64,000 nt of DNA, taken from contig AP024596.1 in assembly GCA_019704295.1 (NCBI GenBank), forward strand, positions 1,184,001 through 1,248,000. Direction: 5' to 3'. The DNA is from Sulfolobales archaeon HS-7. GTDB taxonomy: Archaea > Thermoproteota > Thermoprotei_A > Sulfolobales > Sulfolobaceae. Both the position numbers and the translations under genes were made by a program. Shown here in pieces: positions 50,797 to 61,815 of this stretch; position 1 is the first letter of the stretch; each line of letters opens with the position of its first letter. The notes under the pieces were generated by a model. That model ran no database searches, was not told the DNA's origin, and worked only from the letters and a program-made list of their open reading frames with translations.

Positions 50797-51279
50797 TTTA
50801 CTCAGTAATTGATTTTGCCTAAGTTTAAAAAGGCCTTATACAACATTTTTATAATCACTTTAAATTGCTCTAATTCCGTCGACCTGTTAGGTAATAGCGG
50901 TATATACTGATCTATTATTTGGGATATATGTTATTTTATAAAATTATAAGAATAAAAACTATATAATCAGCACTTATCTCCTTGGGGGAGTTCTCAAGTG
51001 AAATAACCCCAATAGCGTAATTCAATCAGAACGTTCCCTTTTAGTAATAAAAGACATTAATCTTTACTCATTTGTTTTAATTTAAGTTATTCTCAGATTT
51101 AAGAGTTTAATTTATACTTCATAACCCCTAACCCAATTTCGATCATTGAACAGCCCCTTAGCATTCACGACCTTTTAGTTGGTAATTTATTCCCATTCCC
51201 TCATTAACTAGCAATCATTACACGCTTTCACACACTTTCTGTGTAACCAAGGCTTACGTATTTTCTCACAATTCTTAAT

Positions 51280-51903
51280 TCATAGCTTTACCATCACGTA
51301 GTTAAAACCCAGATATGCAAATAGGAACGGTATCAGAAAGATTTCGTCAAGACCTAAGGCTACCTCACCTATCCACAATGTGCCCAAGCTAAAAAGCAAT
51401 GCTGATAGGACGAACTTCAACTGTGGAACCCTGATTCTTCCAACCTGAGATTTCAGCGTTCCCGTTAATACTGTGGTTACTATTGCAGCAAGGACAGTTC
51501 CCAATAGGGTGGAGTAATAACTTTGAGGCAGTAACGCAAGGAGAACGAGGGCCGCCTCTAATCCTTCAACAGCTGAGACCGCGAAAACAACCGAAAGTCC
51601 CTCCTCCTTTTCCTCTCTGGCTCTTATAAGATGCTTAAAAGACCTCCTCGCACTTCTCAAAAGCCTGTATCCGAAGTAAAATAAAATTACCGAGGAGGCC
51701 AGTAATACGTAATTGATCGGCACTAGGTAAATTAGTCTGCCAATGGTAAACGTTGGGATCAGCACTAGGGCAACGCCGGCTATAGCGTAAATGAATGGAA
51801 GCTTACTTTTGTGTATATTATGGTAAATGGCTGCTATCGCCCCAGCTTCCGTCAGCTCCAAAAGTGAAAACGCGAAGGATGTAATGAAAACTCCTACGTC
51901 CAT
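51280..51903 (-). CDS. Membrane protein, COG4280/FTR1-like with repeated ExxE motifs
   Basis: Two-repeat TM protein with ELTEA and EGLEA. Confidence 0.6.
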   Translation of the reverse strand: MDVGVFITSFAFSLLELTEAGAIAAIYHNIHKSKLPFIYAIAGVALVLIPTFTIGRLIYLVPINYVLLASSVILFYFGYRLLRSARRSFKHLIRAREEKEEGLSVVFAVSAVEGLEAALVLLALLPQSYYSTLLGTVLAAIVTTVLTGTLKSQVGRIRVPQLKFVLSALLFSLGTLWIGEVALGLDEIFLIPFLFAYLGFNYVMVKL

Positions 51904-52016
51904 AGCGGTTATATCTTCTTGAAGAGGAAATAAATTTAACCACGTCTTAAAGATGTTCCTCCACTCTTATATTTTGAATTAAAAATCTATATAACCAGAT
52001 GTTGACAATATATAGT

Positions 52017-52592
52017 ATGAACGTTATTATTGCTCCTCATCCTGATGATGAAACCATATGCTGCGGAGGATTGATAGTAGATCTTCTAAAGCAACGTAAA
52101 CCTGTACACGTCATTTTCGTAACCGATGGAAGATTTGGATCGAAAAATCCAAGCCTAAGGGGAAGTAATATCTTAGTGAATTTAAGGAAGGAAGAGGCTA
52201 GAAGGGCGACGAGCGTTCTCGGGTTAGAGGAAAGAAATCTTACGTTTCTCGATTTTCCCGATAAGGGCGTCTCAAACAATATTGCAGTGAAAAAGAGGAT
52301 TACCGAACTCTTGAACGAATTAAAACCCGACGCTGTCTTCTATCCTGAGAGTACTGATTTACATGAGGATCACAGTTCGATCGGTGTGTTCGTTGACGAA
52401 ATCGTAGGTAATTTCGGAAGATATAGATATATAGTGTGGGGAGAGAAAAAAGGAGTCCCTAAACTTGCTCTCGACATTACCAAGTACTATGGGAGAAAGC
52501 TGGCTGCCCTGTTTCAATATTCGACTCAGTTAGGAGGTTTACCCCCCCAGATCTGGGGTAATATCGTATCAAGAAGGGAGATCTTTTACTAA
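52017..52592 (+). CDS. PIG-L/LmbE-family N-deacetylase
   Basis: APHPDDE, VTDG, R..E, DFPD, H.DH and Y.TQ motifs. Confidence 0.88.
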   Translation: MNVIIAPHPDDETICCGGLIVDLLKQRKPVHVIFVTDGRFGSKNPSLRGSNILVNLRKEEARRATSVLGLEERNLTFLDFPDKGVSNNIAVKKRITELLNELKPDAVFYPESTDLHEDHSSIGVFVDEIVGNFGRYRYIVWGEKKGVPKLALDITKYYGRKLAALFQYSTQLGGLPPQIWGNIVSRREIFY

Positions 52593-52635
52593 AACTTAGT
52601 ACAAAATATTAAAAAGTGGTATAATACCTAATACT

Positions 52636-53169
52636 ATGGAAGAGATTGCAATTTTAGGTGGAGGATGTTTCTGGTGTATGGAGGCTGTTTTTTCCAGGGT
52701 TGTAGGTGTTCTGTCAGTAACGCCAGGGTATGCGGGCGGTGATTTTCCAAATCCTACGTATGAGGACGTCTGTTCTGATGTAACCGGCCATGCTGAGGTA
52801 GTAAAGCTTGCGTTCGATAACTCGGTCATAAGTTATGAGGATATTCTTGATATATTCTTCGATGTTCACGATCCTACTACCCCGAACAGACAGGGTAATG
52901 ACGTGGGTTCCCAATATAGGTCCATAATTATTTACACTAGCGAACAACAAAGGAATATTGCCCTATCTAAAATTAACGATGTCGAGAGGAAATTAGGCAA
53001 AAAGGTAGTAACTGAGGTTGTTCCCTATAAGGAATTTTACGAAGCGGAGGATTACCATCATAAGTACTTTGAGAAGCACCCGAATCAACCCTACTGCAAG
53101 TTCGTAATTTCTCCGAAGGTCGAGAAGTTCATGAAGCATTATCCTCAAAAGGTAAGGATAACCGGGTGA
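52636..53169 (+). CDS. msrA: Peptide methionine sulfoxide reductase A
   Basis: GGGCFWC, GHAE, HDPT, QYRS and AEDYHH motifs. Confidence 0.95.
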   Translation: MEEIAILGGGCFWCMEAVFSRVVGVLSVTPGYAGGDFPNPTYEDVCSDVTGHAEVVKLAFDNSVISYEDILDIFFDVHDPTTPNRQGNDVGSQYRSIIIYTSEQQRNIALSKINDVERKLGKKVVTEVVPYKEFYEAEDYHHKYFEKHPNQPYCKFVISPKVEKFMKHYPQKVRITG

Positions 53170-53309
53170 TTTAACCCCTTTTACTTTCTGTGGGTCTAAA
53201 GGAAAATATCGTGTGATATCTCCATAGAACTCCTAAGATCATTATATTCCCTTAACTCCTTTATCATCGTCTAGTTCAAGGGGCATCCTCAAGGAGGAAA
53301 GGATGGTTC

Positions 53310-53455
53310 TGAAGTCCTTTGCAAATAGTAATTTTTAGGAATGGTGGTTAAAGCGGAGTACCTATAGGCGTGGACCCATGGTAATCGCTGTAACAATCAA
53401 TTAAATTTGTTACAATTTTCAAATAAACTGAATTCACAAAAGATACGTAAATTGT
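53310..53455 (+). repeat. Dispersed ~160-bp repeat, copy E
   Basis: CAATTAAATTTGTTACAATTTTCAAATAAACTGAATTCACAAAAGATACGTAAAT. Confidence 0.7.
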
Positions 53456-53827
53456 CAGAGAAACTCGATCTATCCCCTAGATTACTAAAAGTATAAAATC
53501 CCTGTTTTTTCTATCGACCTGAAGATTATGGAGACTTGGAAGAGGCTCTGGTTATCTCAAATCTTAAGTCTAACATTCTCCAACTTCGCGTAACTATTCG
53601 AATGAGCTTGCAGGAATCGAGAATGTTAGACTACTTTCTGGTATATAGCAGAAACCATGGAATTCAGGAAAGTGTTGTTACTCCTAGGGAAATAGAGAAC
53701 TCATTAAAGCTTTTGCCCAAAGGCCACTTATTTACCCTCACATTGTTATAACGTCTGTCAGCGGATATCGATTCTCATCAGATTCTAACGTGTTGTATTT
53801 ATATACTTTAGAAACGAAGAAAGTAGT

Positions 53828-54139
53828 ATGATAAATACAAGTGGAGTTTACAAAAAGTATATATCAGAAGAAGGTTATCTACTACTGCATAATAAAGAAA
53901 AAAAGAAGGCCTACGAAATTAACCTTGGTCTAAAAACCGTCTCTTTCAGGAAAGTATTAAGGCGTTTTCCCTACAAACCTTTTAAAAACAATCGCTTTGA
54001 AAGGAAATATCAAGATCAATTAAGAAAATCTTACCATTCAAAGAAGGATAAAAGTTACGCATACTTTTCTTACCAATTGATGAGGACGTTAACGAAAATA
54101 ACGCAATCAAGATTAGGAGGGAAAACACATGTGGATTAA
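53828..54139 (+). CDS. Hypothetical basic protein
   Basis: 103 aa, Lys/Arg-rich; overlaps the next gene. Confidence 0.35.
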   Translation: MINTSGVYKKYISEEGYLLLHNKEKKKAYEINLGLKTVSFRKVLRRFPYKPFKNNRFERKYQDQLRKSYHSKKDKSYAYFSYQLMRTLTKITQSRLGGKTHVD

Positions 54140-54551
54140 GGATCCGATATCCCTTTTGAGATTTGAACATTCGATTATCAGAGTCCGTTCCTCCTTAGCT
54201 TTGGCTTCTCTCGACTGGGAGATTGGGTGGATTATGCTCAAGGATCTATACACGTTCGTAACGGAGTGGCACGCGAAGATTGAGGATATATACGTATTCC
54301 CCTTACTAGGAGTTCAGAGCAAGCCGTTTTCTAATGACCACTTATTACTTGAGAAGTATGGAAAGTCGTGTTTAAATGAGAGGAGGAGGGACTGGGCGGA
54401 GAGATTCATAAGTATACTTATAGAACACAACATTAATGAGGAAAGGAACTTATTCCCTGACGAAATGGACGCACCCATAACCATGCAGAGAATTGTTGCA
54501 AATGCAAAGGAATATAAGGATTATTTCGCAATGACAGGACTAGAACCGTAA
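54129..54551 (+). CDS. Hemerythrin-like domain protein
   Basis: EH, HAKIED..FP, DH and HNINEE..FP pattern; GGAGG Shine-Dalgarno upstream. Confidence 0.75.
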   Translation: MWIKDPISLLRFEHSIIRVRSSLALASLDWEIGWIMLKDLYTFVTEWHAKIEDIYVFPLLGVQSKPFSNDHLLLEKYGKSCLNERRRDWAERFISILIEHNINEERNLFPDEMDAPITMQRIVANAKEYKDYFAMTGLEP

Positions 54552-54582
54552 GAAAAGGTTTCGCTAAAGAGGTATTAAAGGG

Positions 54583-57513
54583 CTATTTCTTCCTATACCA
54601 GAGGAACACTATTACCACAAGTAGCACGATTCCTGTAGCGATAGAGATCACGAGTTGTAATTTTAAGGAAATTGCCAGGTTCTCGTTTATTGGCTCTTCG
54701 ACTATTACCTTCGACCCAGGTGCCAGAGTAAACGTGCCCTCGAATTCACCTTTATCGTATATCGGAATGCTGGCGTTCAATATTAAAGTACTCCCTTCGT
54801 TTAACCAAGTTCCCCTTCCATTAATGGTAACCAAGAATTGCGTTACAGTATAGACTTTTAGAACAGACGGCGAGGTGAGGGTTATGTTTTCCCAAGAAGC
54901 GTTTGTAATCACCTTGCGCGTATCATTATTCACGTAATACGTATAATTCCTTAAAATCACGTTTGAATTGTATGGGAACCAGTTTGACGTAATAATTTCG
55001 CAACTCCCATTTACGAAGGCTTTTACTGGAATGGTGGATAATACCGTTAGATATTCCTGTCTTATCACCTCAACAGTTAGATTAAAAGGTGAGTTCAGTG
55101 TAAAACTCCTTGGAGAGATTTCGGTTATTACATATCTTGTCCCGTTTTCCTTGTAAATGGTTACGTTTTCGATCACGAATGAGGTATTCGCATTATACCA
55201 CCCGCTGGTAACCGATTCGTTAGTGCCGTTTACCTCACCGAAAACCGGAATTGGCGAGGAAACGTTCAAGTAAAACTGAGTGATCCAATTTCCGTTTATC
55301 TCAATCGGTTTAACTATAGAAAAGGATAACCCTGTGTTTATATATCCTAGGATTTCCCTTTCGTCTTGCGAAATATATATCGAGTAATTGGAAATAATTA
55401 CTTTAGTGCCCTCTAAATACCAACCGCTAGTAATCTGTTCTAACGTGGAATTAACATATCCTTTAATTGGGAATAAGGAGTTTACAGAGAGGTAGTATTC
55501 GTTATAGTACAGTACATCCACCCTCTGATTAGGCCGCATAACTATTCCCCTTGAAGAATAAGCTACCCATCTCTCCTGTTCGTTAGGGGCATAGAGAATT
55601 CTCGAGTAGTTATAGTATGATCTCGCGTTAACCCAATGTAATCCTACAGGAAGTGTTGCATTACGTGAAAAGTAACAAAACGTTACGTTAGGAGTCAAAT
55701 ATCCTTTACCTCCTGTAACCGAGAACGAGAAGTTCAGGTAAAACTGCTGATAATAGGTGGCCAGTATGACAGAGGAATTCTCAATCACTCCTGCTGAGTT
55801 TAACGTAACCCATCTTTGATCTCCAGAAGTGTAATTAAGGAAAAAATACTTAGAACCAGTTGGTAGAATCAAGTGTTCACCAGGTATTATTGTCGTATTA
55901 CTACCATTGGGGAATATCAACAGGATACTTAGGTTAGAGGAAGAAATTCCGATAAATTTATCAAGAAAGGTGACGTTAACCACCTTAGGTACGAGGTATA
56001 TTCTTAATTCGGAAGTCGAATTAATTCCGGGCAATAGTGTTAAAGTTAGATATATCATGTATTCCCCGAAACTATACGATGAAGGAGGGCTAACGGAAAA
56101 ATTGAGTAATATACTCTGATTTACGTAATACGTCCCCGTCAGTCCCGATATAGGGAAGTCCTCTGGATTACTGCATGAAACCGTGACATTACCGAAGCCG
56201 TTAAGAGTCAAGTTCTCGTGGTAGAGATTACCTGGGACGAGGTAAAGGTAGTCAACGGTAGGAGATGTAGATAGTTGCGGAGCAAATACAGTGTAGTTAC
56301 TGCCCGGACTGAGAGAAGTTGAAGCTTCTCCGACTACCTTCCCATTGACCACTGAAAGGAAACCGTACCTCATTGGGTGAAGAACCAGAATAGCTTCATT
56401 ATTGAGGTAATTTAACTTTAGACCAGCGGAAATCGGATATGAGGGATTATATCCAACAACGCATCCTACGTCGTGATCCGTAACGATTCTTATAAGGGAA
56501 ACATTATCTCCGTTCCATAGTTGGGTCAATGATGAGGAATTCCCTTGTGATAGTAAAGCGGATAATTGCCCTGTTGTCACATTATAGCGACATGACACTT
56601 TTACGTTACTAACCGTTTCAGCGGTATCCACGCCAAAATTATACGTGTTAATGGGTTCTTGGAAGTTGTGACCGTTAAAATAACATATAGACAACTCGAC
56701 CTCGGAGTTACTTACGTTTGCGCATGCTCCATCATCGACTCCACCCATAACTAATTCGAGATCGTAATATAGACCGTCCGGAGTGTACTCATTACCGTTG
56801 ATTGTTATCGATATGTTGGACGATCTAGGTGCGTTACGGACGGTTACTTGATCGTAATTTATCCAACCATGCCCGTCATTGTACCAGAAGTAAATTACCG
56901 GACAGCCTTTACTGCTATTACTTACGTTCATCATCAATGAGACGGAGAACGGCTCTTTAACTCCAACAAACCCCCCAGGGTAACCTGAAGCGCTGTCGAA
57001 ATAAAAAGAAACACCTTCATTATAACATATAAGACCGTTTCCCACTACACCTCTAACTCCAGCTTTAGGAGCCGACATATTCCAGATATTATCCCAAAAC
57101 TCAATACTTCCCCCCATATTGTATTGGGAAACGTCCTGAATCCACAAGGCGTATTGCCTGTTGTCATTCCAGTACGTTAAAACAGCATTAAGTTCAAAGG
57201 AAACCGCGTTTTCCGTTGTATTGGATTTGAATTTCGAAATGGCGGAAAGGCGGTAAACCTTAACCACGCCCTTAACTTGGTCTGTTTTTACATAACATGG
57301 ACCTTTCTTTCCTATCCCTAAAAAGGAGATTCCTCTTGGCGCTAGAGAGGAATTGTAAGTGTTATGTACGTTTATCATTCCGCTATTCTTCAACCGTTCT
57401 ATAGGATGGGCTAATCCATATACCGGATTCTGAATGTTACCGTTGGTCACCAGGTAACTTGCAAATGATGTGCTCAACATCAGGACAATAAACGCGAGAC
57501 CTATATATCCCAT
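54583..57513 (-). CDS. Thermopsin-family (A5) protease with repeat stalk and TM anchor
   Basis: AP.GI, S.ELNAVL, WIQDV, DNIWN, DLELVMGG and G.DTAE motifs; repeated QFYL..S..P...NG...SGWY units; C-terminal TM followed by RKK. Confidence 0.88.
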   Translation of the reverse strand: MGYIGLAFIVLMLSTSFASYLVTNGNIQNPVYGLAHPIERLKNSGMINVHNTYNSSLAPRGISFLGIGKKGPCYVKTDQVKGVVKVYRLSAISKFKSNTTENAVSFELNAVLTYWNDNRQYALWIQDVSQYNMGGSIEFWDNIWNMSAPKAGVRGVVGNGLICYNEGVSFYFDSASGYPGGFVGVKEPFSVSLMMNVSNSSKGCPVIYFWYNDGHGWINYDQVTVRNAPRSSNISITINGNEYTPDGLYYDLELVMGGVDDGACANVSNSEVELSICYFNGHNFQEPINTYNFGVDTAETVSNVKVSCRYNVTTGQLSALLSQGNSSSLTQLWNGDNVSLIRIVTDHDVGCVVGYNPSYPISAGLKLNYLNNEAILVLHPMRYGFLSVVNGKVVGEASTSLSPGSNYTVFAPQLSTSPTVDYLYLVPGNLYHENLTLNGFGNVTVSCSNPEDFPISGLTGTYYVNQSILLNFSVSPPSSYSFGEYMIYLTLTLLPGINSTSELRIYLVPKVVNVTFLDKFIGISSSNLSILLIFPNGSNTTIIPGEHLILPTGSKYFFLNYTSGDQRWVTLNSAGVIENSSVILATYYQQFYLNFSFSVTGGKGYLTPNVTFCYFSRNATLPVGLHWVNARSYYNYSRILYAPNEQERWVAYSSRGIVMRPNQRVDVLYYNEYYLSVNSLFPIKGYVNSTLEQITSGWYLEGTKVIISNYSIYISQDEREILGYINTGLSFSIVKPIEINGNWITQFYLNVSSPIPVFGEVNGTNESVTSGWYNANTSFVIENVTIYKENGTRYVITEISPRSFTLNSPFNLTVEVIRQEYLTVLSTIPVKAFVNGSCEIITSNWFPYNSNVILRNYTYYVNNDTRKVITNASWENITLTSPSVLKVYTVTQFLVTINGRGTWLNEGSTLILNASIPIYDKGEFEGTFTLAPGSKVIVEEPINENLAISLKLQLVISIATGIVLLVVIVFLWYRKK

Positions 57514-58440
57514 TAATAATTATTCGTGAAGGAATATAAATTCCTTTGCAATTTTGTAATTTGTGATATAAAGTAGAGAAACTGAGACATAGTGAATGGA
57601 TTACTTCTTTTACTCTTTGTATCCCTCTTTGTCTGTAATTTGCCTTAATTGGTTATTTGAACTCCGCCGTTAACGATCGTTACTACTCTTTTTTAGGCCT
57701 GTCGGTGACTCTTAAAAAGGGGTAAACTCCTCCTCTGCGGACGAGTTTAAATATGTTATCGGAAAAGAAATGATAGAGCTTCTCTCACCTAGATGTACTT
57801 GTACTAATGTCTTCTTACCAACAAACTGAGCACCCATATTATCTGCATGAATAGAATTCTCACCCCCACTTAAGTTAACCAGTGTCCGCCTTCAGTGGAC
57901 TCAGCTACTACGTCTTCTATTTTCAAGACGAATTATTGAAGTTCTTGACGTCAAATATACATGTACATTATTCTGAATATTTTAAAAAGTAGGGAGTTTT
58001 AATACGGCTCTAGCCTTAATGTCTCCCTGTCCTCTCTATATAGAAGGAGAATTACGTTTGTTTACCTCCCTATCAGCTTGCGCTTTCATAGCGAGGTTTT
58101 CATTTAGACCGAACCTAAATACAGATAATACGGTTAGAAAATAAAAACAGTATTAAAGGATCCTGTCACAATAGTTGTTTGGTATAGATCGATGTATATT
58201 TGAGTTAAGCATTATGACAACATGCAAAGGTGTGCATTTACTTTATCTGGGGATTTTCTCTAAATTTCCCGTTAACTTAGCTCAAAACCCCTTTAAAGGG
58301 ATCGGATCTGCTACTATTTGTAAATTGACAATCAACCTATAAATTTTCAAACTCCTAAGGTATACGCTCGACTCAACGTTAATAGGAATTTTTGACATAT
58401 TATAGAAAAAACTTTTAACGTAGAGCTATATTCAAAGTGT

Positions 58441-59049
58441 ATGATTGTCGAGGTTAGAAACGGGAAATTGTTGATGGATGGAATTGAAGTTGGCGAGGTG
58501 AAACACAGCATGTCGCTGGACAAACCGCTAGTTGTTACGAACATAGGCATAGAGCTCAAGAGGCAGGGGTTTGGTGTCTACTCTGTATTGAAGAACGATT
58601 CTGAAATAGGAACGCTACAAGGAAGGGATCTGAAGCTATCGTATAATGGAAATGAATACAGTCTTAGTAAATTCGATCCCCGTGAGGCAGTTAGAGGAAA
58701 CTACGAAACTGAAATACTTTTAAACGGCCTTCAGATAGCTAAGGCATCGATTACAACGGGGGATGTAAGGATAGAGGGGGACATTCCGGATAGGGACGTT
58801 GCGGCAATATATGCATCCCTCATGTACCGATACGCCACGGTTACTAACTACAGGGTGGAGAGGAGGAATATAAGGAATCGTTTTAGAGTACCCATTGTCA
58901 TAGCTAATATTGGGATTCTCCTATTAGCTGGATTCCTACCTGGTCAATACTCAGTTCTCGTAGCCCTTATAGGGATTGTAGTCCTTGATCTAGCGATATA
59001 CCTCATATTGCGAAGCAAAAGAAGAACAACAGAGTATTACAGTTCTTAA
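58441..59049 (+). CDS. Hypothetical protein with two C-terminal TM helices
   Basis: 202 aa; beta-rich N-terminus; TATA-like box upstream. Confidence 0.6.
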   Translation: MIVEVRNGKLLMDGIEVGEVKHSMSLDKPLVVTNIGIELKRQGFGVYSVLKNDSEIGTLQGRDLKLSYNGNEYSLSKFDPREAVRGNYETEILLNGLQIAKASITTGDVRIEGDIPDRDVAAIYASLMYRYATVTNYRVERRNIRNRFRVPIVIANIGILLLAGFLPGQYSVLVALIGIVVLDLAIYLILRSKRRTTEYYSS

Positions 59050-59443
59050 CACTTTAAAGGACAGAATTTCTCTCCTAAGCATCATTCTTTGAAAAGGAGG
59101 TAAGATACATTAATCTTTAGATTCCACGGAGAGTAAATCCCTGATTGCCCTCTAGACAACGCTAAATTAGAGTTTACTATTCATAGTAAGTTACGTATTA
59201 AGGCTTAGATCCTTATCTGATAGGTGCGTAAGTTCTAAACATTTTTCACCAAAAATGATATACGCCTTAAATACCTTTAACTATCTTTGAAAAATATCCT
59301 GAGAAGCTCTCCCCCTAACTTGGGGAATACTAACATTTTGTCCATACTTTGAAGTAGAAAGCTAAAAATAAAGTATACTTCCCAGATTCATCAGGACTTT
59401 CCAGACACAAGAAAGCGTGATTACTTCGGACGTAAGTTAATCG

Positions 59444-59857
59444 CTACTGCGTAAAGTCCCTTATGTGGACTACAAAAGGTAATTCCTTCACTTTTCTGAG
59501 TAGTTTTTCATCGGCTGTATATACCTTATCCTTCAAGATTTTCCCTAATGCTATGTATGTAGCGTCGTATATCGTTATGCCGTACTCGGAAGAAAGTGAA
59601 ATACTCTCTCCAAGTATATCATCAAATCCGTAAAGCGAAATCTGAAAGTTCGATAAAATTTTCCCTACTTCCTCTAATTCCCTCTTTCCTAAATTATAAG
59701 TGTACTTAAGTCCGTTTAAAACCTCAAAGGGGAGAATACAAGGTGCTGATAAGTCCTCTAATCCCCTAACATAAGCTTCCTTCAAGATCAGCGATTCTTT
59801 ACTGTAATTTTCATTGGCAAACCACTTTATTACAACCGAAGCATCTACAACTGCCAA
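59444..59857 (-). CDS. vapC: VapC PIN-domain toxin
   Basis: VVDASV, FEV, IYDATYIAL and YTAD (all acidic residues present). Confidence 0.9.
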   Translation of the reverse strand: MAVVDASVVIKWFANENYSKESLILKEAYVRGLEDLSAPCILPFEVLNGLKYTYNLGKRELEEVGKILSNFQISLYGFDDILGESISLSSEYGITIYDATYIALGKILKDKVYTADEKLLRKVKELPFVVHIRDFTQ

Positions 59858-60105
59858 TTCCTTTCACGCCATTCCCTAATAACGTCTCCTGAATTCTTAC
59901 CGCCGTAGTTTAAAAAGAACTGATAAGATCTAACAGAAGCTTCAGAGATTTTCTTGTAGTCCTTTCCTCCTTTTTTCCCTTTTCTCTCTTCCTCCTCTAT
60001 TACCTCCTCTATTTTCCTCCTTATTACCTCGCTCCAGTTTATGTAACTTAATTCGTCCATTTTCCTCTTTAGCTTCACGTCTATCCGTATACTAATTACC
60101 GGCAT
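59845..60105 (-). CDS. vapB: VapB-type RHH antitoxin
   Basis: MPVISIRID..LKRKM..INWSEVIRR.IEE...IREWRE. Confidence 0.85.
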   Translation of the reverse strand: MPVISIRIDVKLKRKMDELSYINWSEVIRRKIEEVIEEEERKGKKGGKDYKKISEASVRSYQFFLNYGGKNSGDVIREWRERNWQL

Positions 60106-60114
60106 ATAGATGAA

Positions 60115-60151
60115 GTACGAGCCGTACATTATAAGATTTACGCTAACGTAA
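60115..60151. promoter_or_regulatory. Two short palindromes flanking the vapB TATA box (putative autoregulatory operator)
   Basis: GTACG-AGC-CGTAC (60115-60127) and TTACG-CTAA-CGTAA (60138-60151) lie either side of TTATAAG. Confidence 0.5.
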
Positions 60152-60491
60152 TAAGTGTACTAACAATTTGACTTCCAGTGTTTTCTCATAGCGGTCGTAA
60201 CTATCAGAGCAAGTTGTTTCGATCTGACGTCTTCCTGCCATAGAATAATACCCTTTCAGAGAGTTGATCGTTCCCTTCTCAATTCGAGGTTACATCTCTG
60301 GGGCAGTAGAGGGCGTCAGAACTTCCCCCATCTGAAAAGAGGAGGAGATTTTGATTAACCCATGATAATTTCCAATGTGTAATTAACAGAATAACTAAAT
60401 AAACTAAAAGGTTACAAAACACATTTATCTAGAATTAAATCCATTTAATTATAAGCAGAGAAGTAATATAAAATAAGCTTATTTATGGTAA

Positions 60492-60652
60492 AGGCCGTTT
60501 ATGTGTTAATTCCGAATTCACTTTATTTACAAAAATAAAATGAATTTAATTGAATGAACTCATAAGGACTAGTTAGAGGTTCGCATTTACAATTTCCTTT
60601 ATTTGATCCCTATTTGCAACGATTACAGTTTGTCATGTAAACCCGAATTCCC
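60492..60652 (-). repeat. Dispersed ~160-bp repeat, copy F
   Basis: GGCCGTTTATGTGTTAATTCCGAATTCACTTTATTT...ACAATTTCCTTTATTTGATCCC...GAATTCCC; collinear with copy B. Confidence 0.75.
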
Positions 60653-60992
60653 TATCACATTGAAAAATCAGAACCTATTCGATTTACCAGGGAGATATTC
60701 ATGAAGTTCGAGAATAGTAAAGTATAAGCTTAGTGACACTTAATGATAAATCTTTAGCTAAGAACCGGAGGTAGAGACAGCATCTAATATAGGTATGAGT
60801 TATTAACACTAAGAAGTTCTCTAGATATAGGACCTAATTTATTCTGTTAAACACTTTATTACATTTAAGACTAATTTGTAACTAAATAATAATATTTTTA
60901 GCTAAAATTACTATTTTAAAATAGTTGATAAGTTAGTTTAATTACTATTATTACAAGAAATATTTTATACCCATAAGGAATACAGTTATTAA

Positions 60993-61538
60993 TTGAAGAT
61001 TTTTAAGCGTAAAATAGAATATACATCTATGAGTAACTCATTAGAGAGATATGCAGAGTTCCTTGAGGATTATGCAAGATATTTACTTAGTAATAAACCT
61101 GTTATTGATATTTCCTTATCTCCACAGGAACTAATTGATGAGGCTTCTAGGATTAAAGCTAAACTAAAAGTAAGGTCAGAAAAAGGTAGAATTATAATAA
61201 ATCTAAATGAAGGGGAAGCTGTCTATTTTACAAAATTCTTGGGAGAGATCGTATTTTCCTTTGATAAGCTTTATAGACCTTTAAAGATAGAAATCGAGAT
61301 AAAAGAACGTATTCATGAGTCCATTTTTAATGAAAGTCAAAAGAAATGTAAGTCAATAAAATATGACAACGGTTTTATTGAAGTGTTTTTAGCAAAAGGT
61401 GATGCGGAACATTGGGCGCACATTGAGGGGGAGATCGTATTTTCCTTTGATAAGCTTTATAGACCATTAAAGATAGAAATGGAGATAAAAGATTTAATGG
61501 ATAATGAGAAAGTATTAAAAAGTGCTGATCTTATCTGA
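60993..61538 (+). CDS. Hypothetical protein with two DUF2283-like repeats (possible antitoxin)
   Basis: GEIVFSFDKLYRPLKIE occurs twice; KYDNGFIEVFL..EGEIVFSFD..KIE pattern. The true start is probably ATG at 61029. Confidence 0.55.
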   Translation: MKIFKRKIEYTSMSNSLERYAEFLEDYARYLLSNKPVIDISLSPQELIDEASRIKAKLKVRSEKGRIIINLNEGEAVYFTKFLGEIVFSFDKLYRPLKIEIEIKERIHESIFNESQKKCKSIKYDNGFIEVFLAKGDAEHWAHIEGEIVFSFDKLYRPLKIEMEIKDLMDNEKVLKSADLI

Positions 61539-61815
61539 CCATGCTAAAAAACATTTAGAAGATATTAAGCGGTATTTAAGTAAATTTAATGATCCAATAG
61601 ATCCTTTAAGTAATGAAGTATTTCCATTTTTAGAAAGAATAAAAGGAATTCCTCAAACTCCTAATTTACGCTTAGGCGAATCAGAAAGATGGAGGATAGT
61701 TATTCACTTTAGATCTTGTGCGAAAATAAGATACGTGATAGCTAAAAGGAGGAGTGAGTTAATTTTAGTAACAGTACATCCAGATCCAGATACTCAAAAC
61801 TATATAGAAATGTGA
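61522..61815 (+). CDS. DUF4258/BECR-fold-like small protein (possible toxin)
   Basis: ILSDHAKKH N-terminus and IRYVI..LILVTVHP C-terminus; overlaps the upstream gene. Confidence 0.5.
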   Translation: MLILSDHAKKHLEDIKRYLSKFNDPIDPLSNEVFPFLERIKGIPQTPNLRLGESERWRIVIHFRSCAKIRYVIAKRRSELILVTVHPDPDTQNYIEM

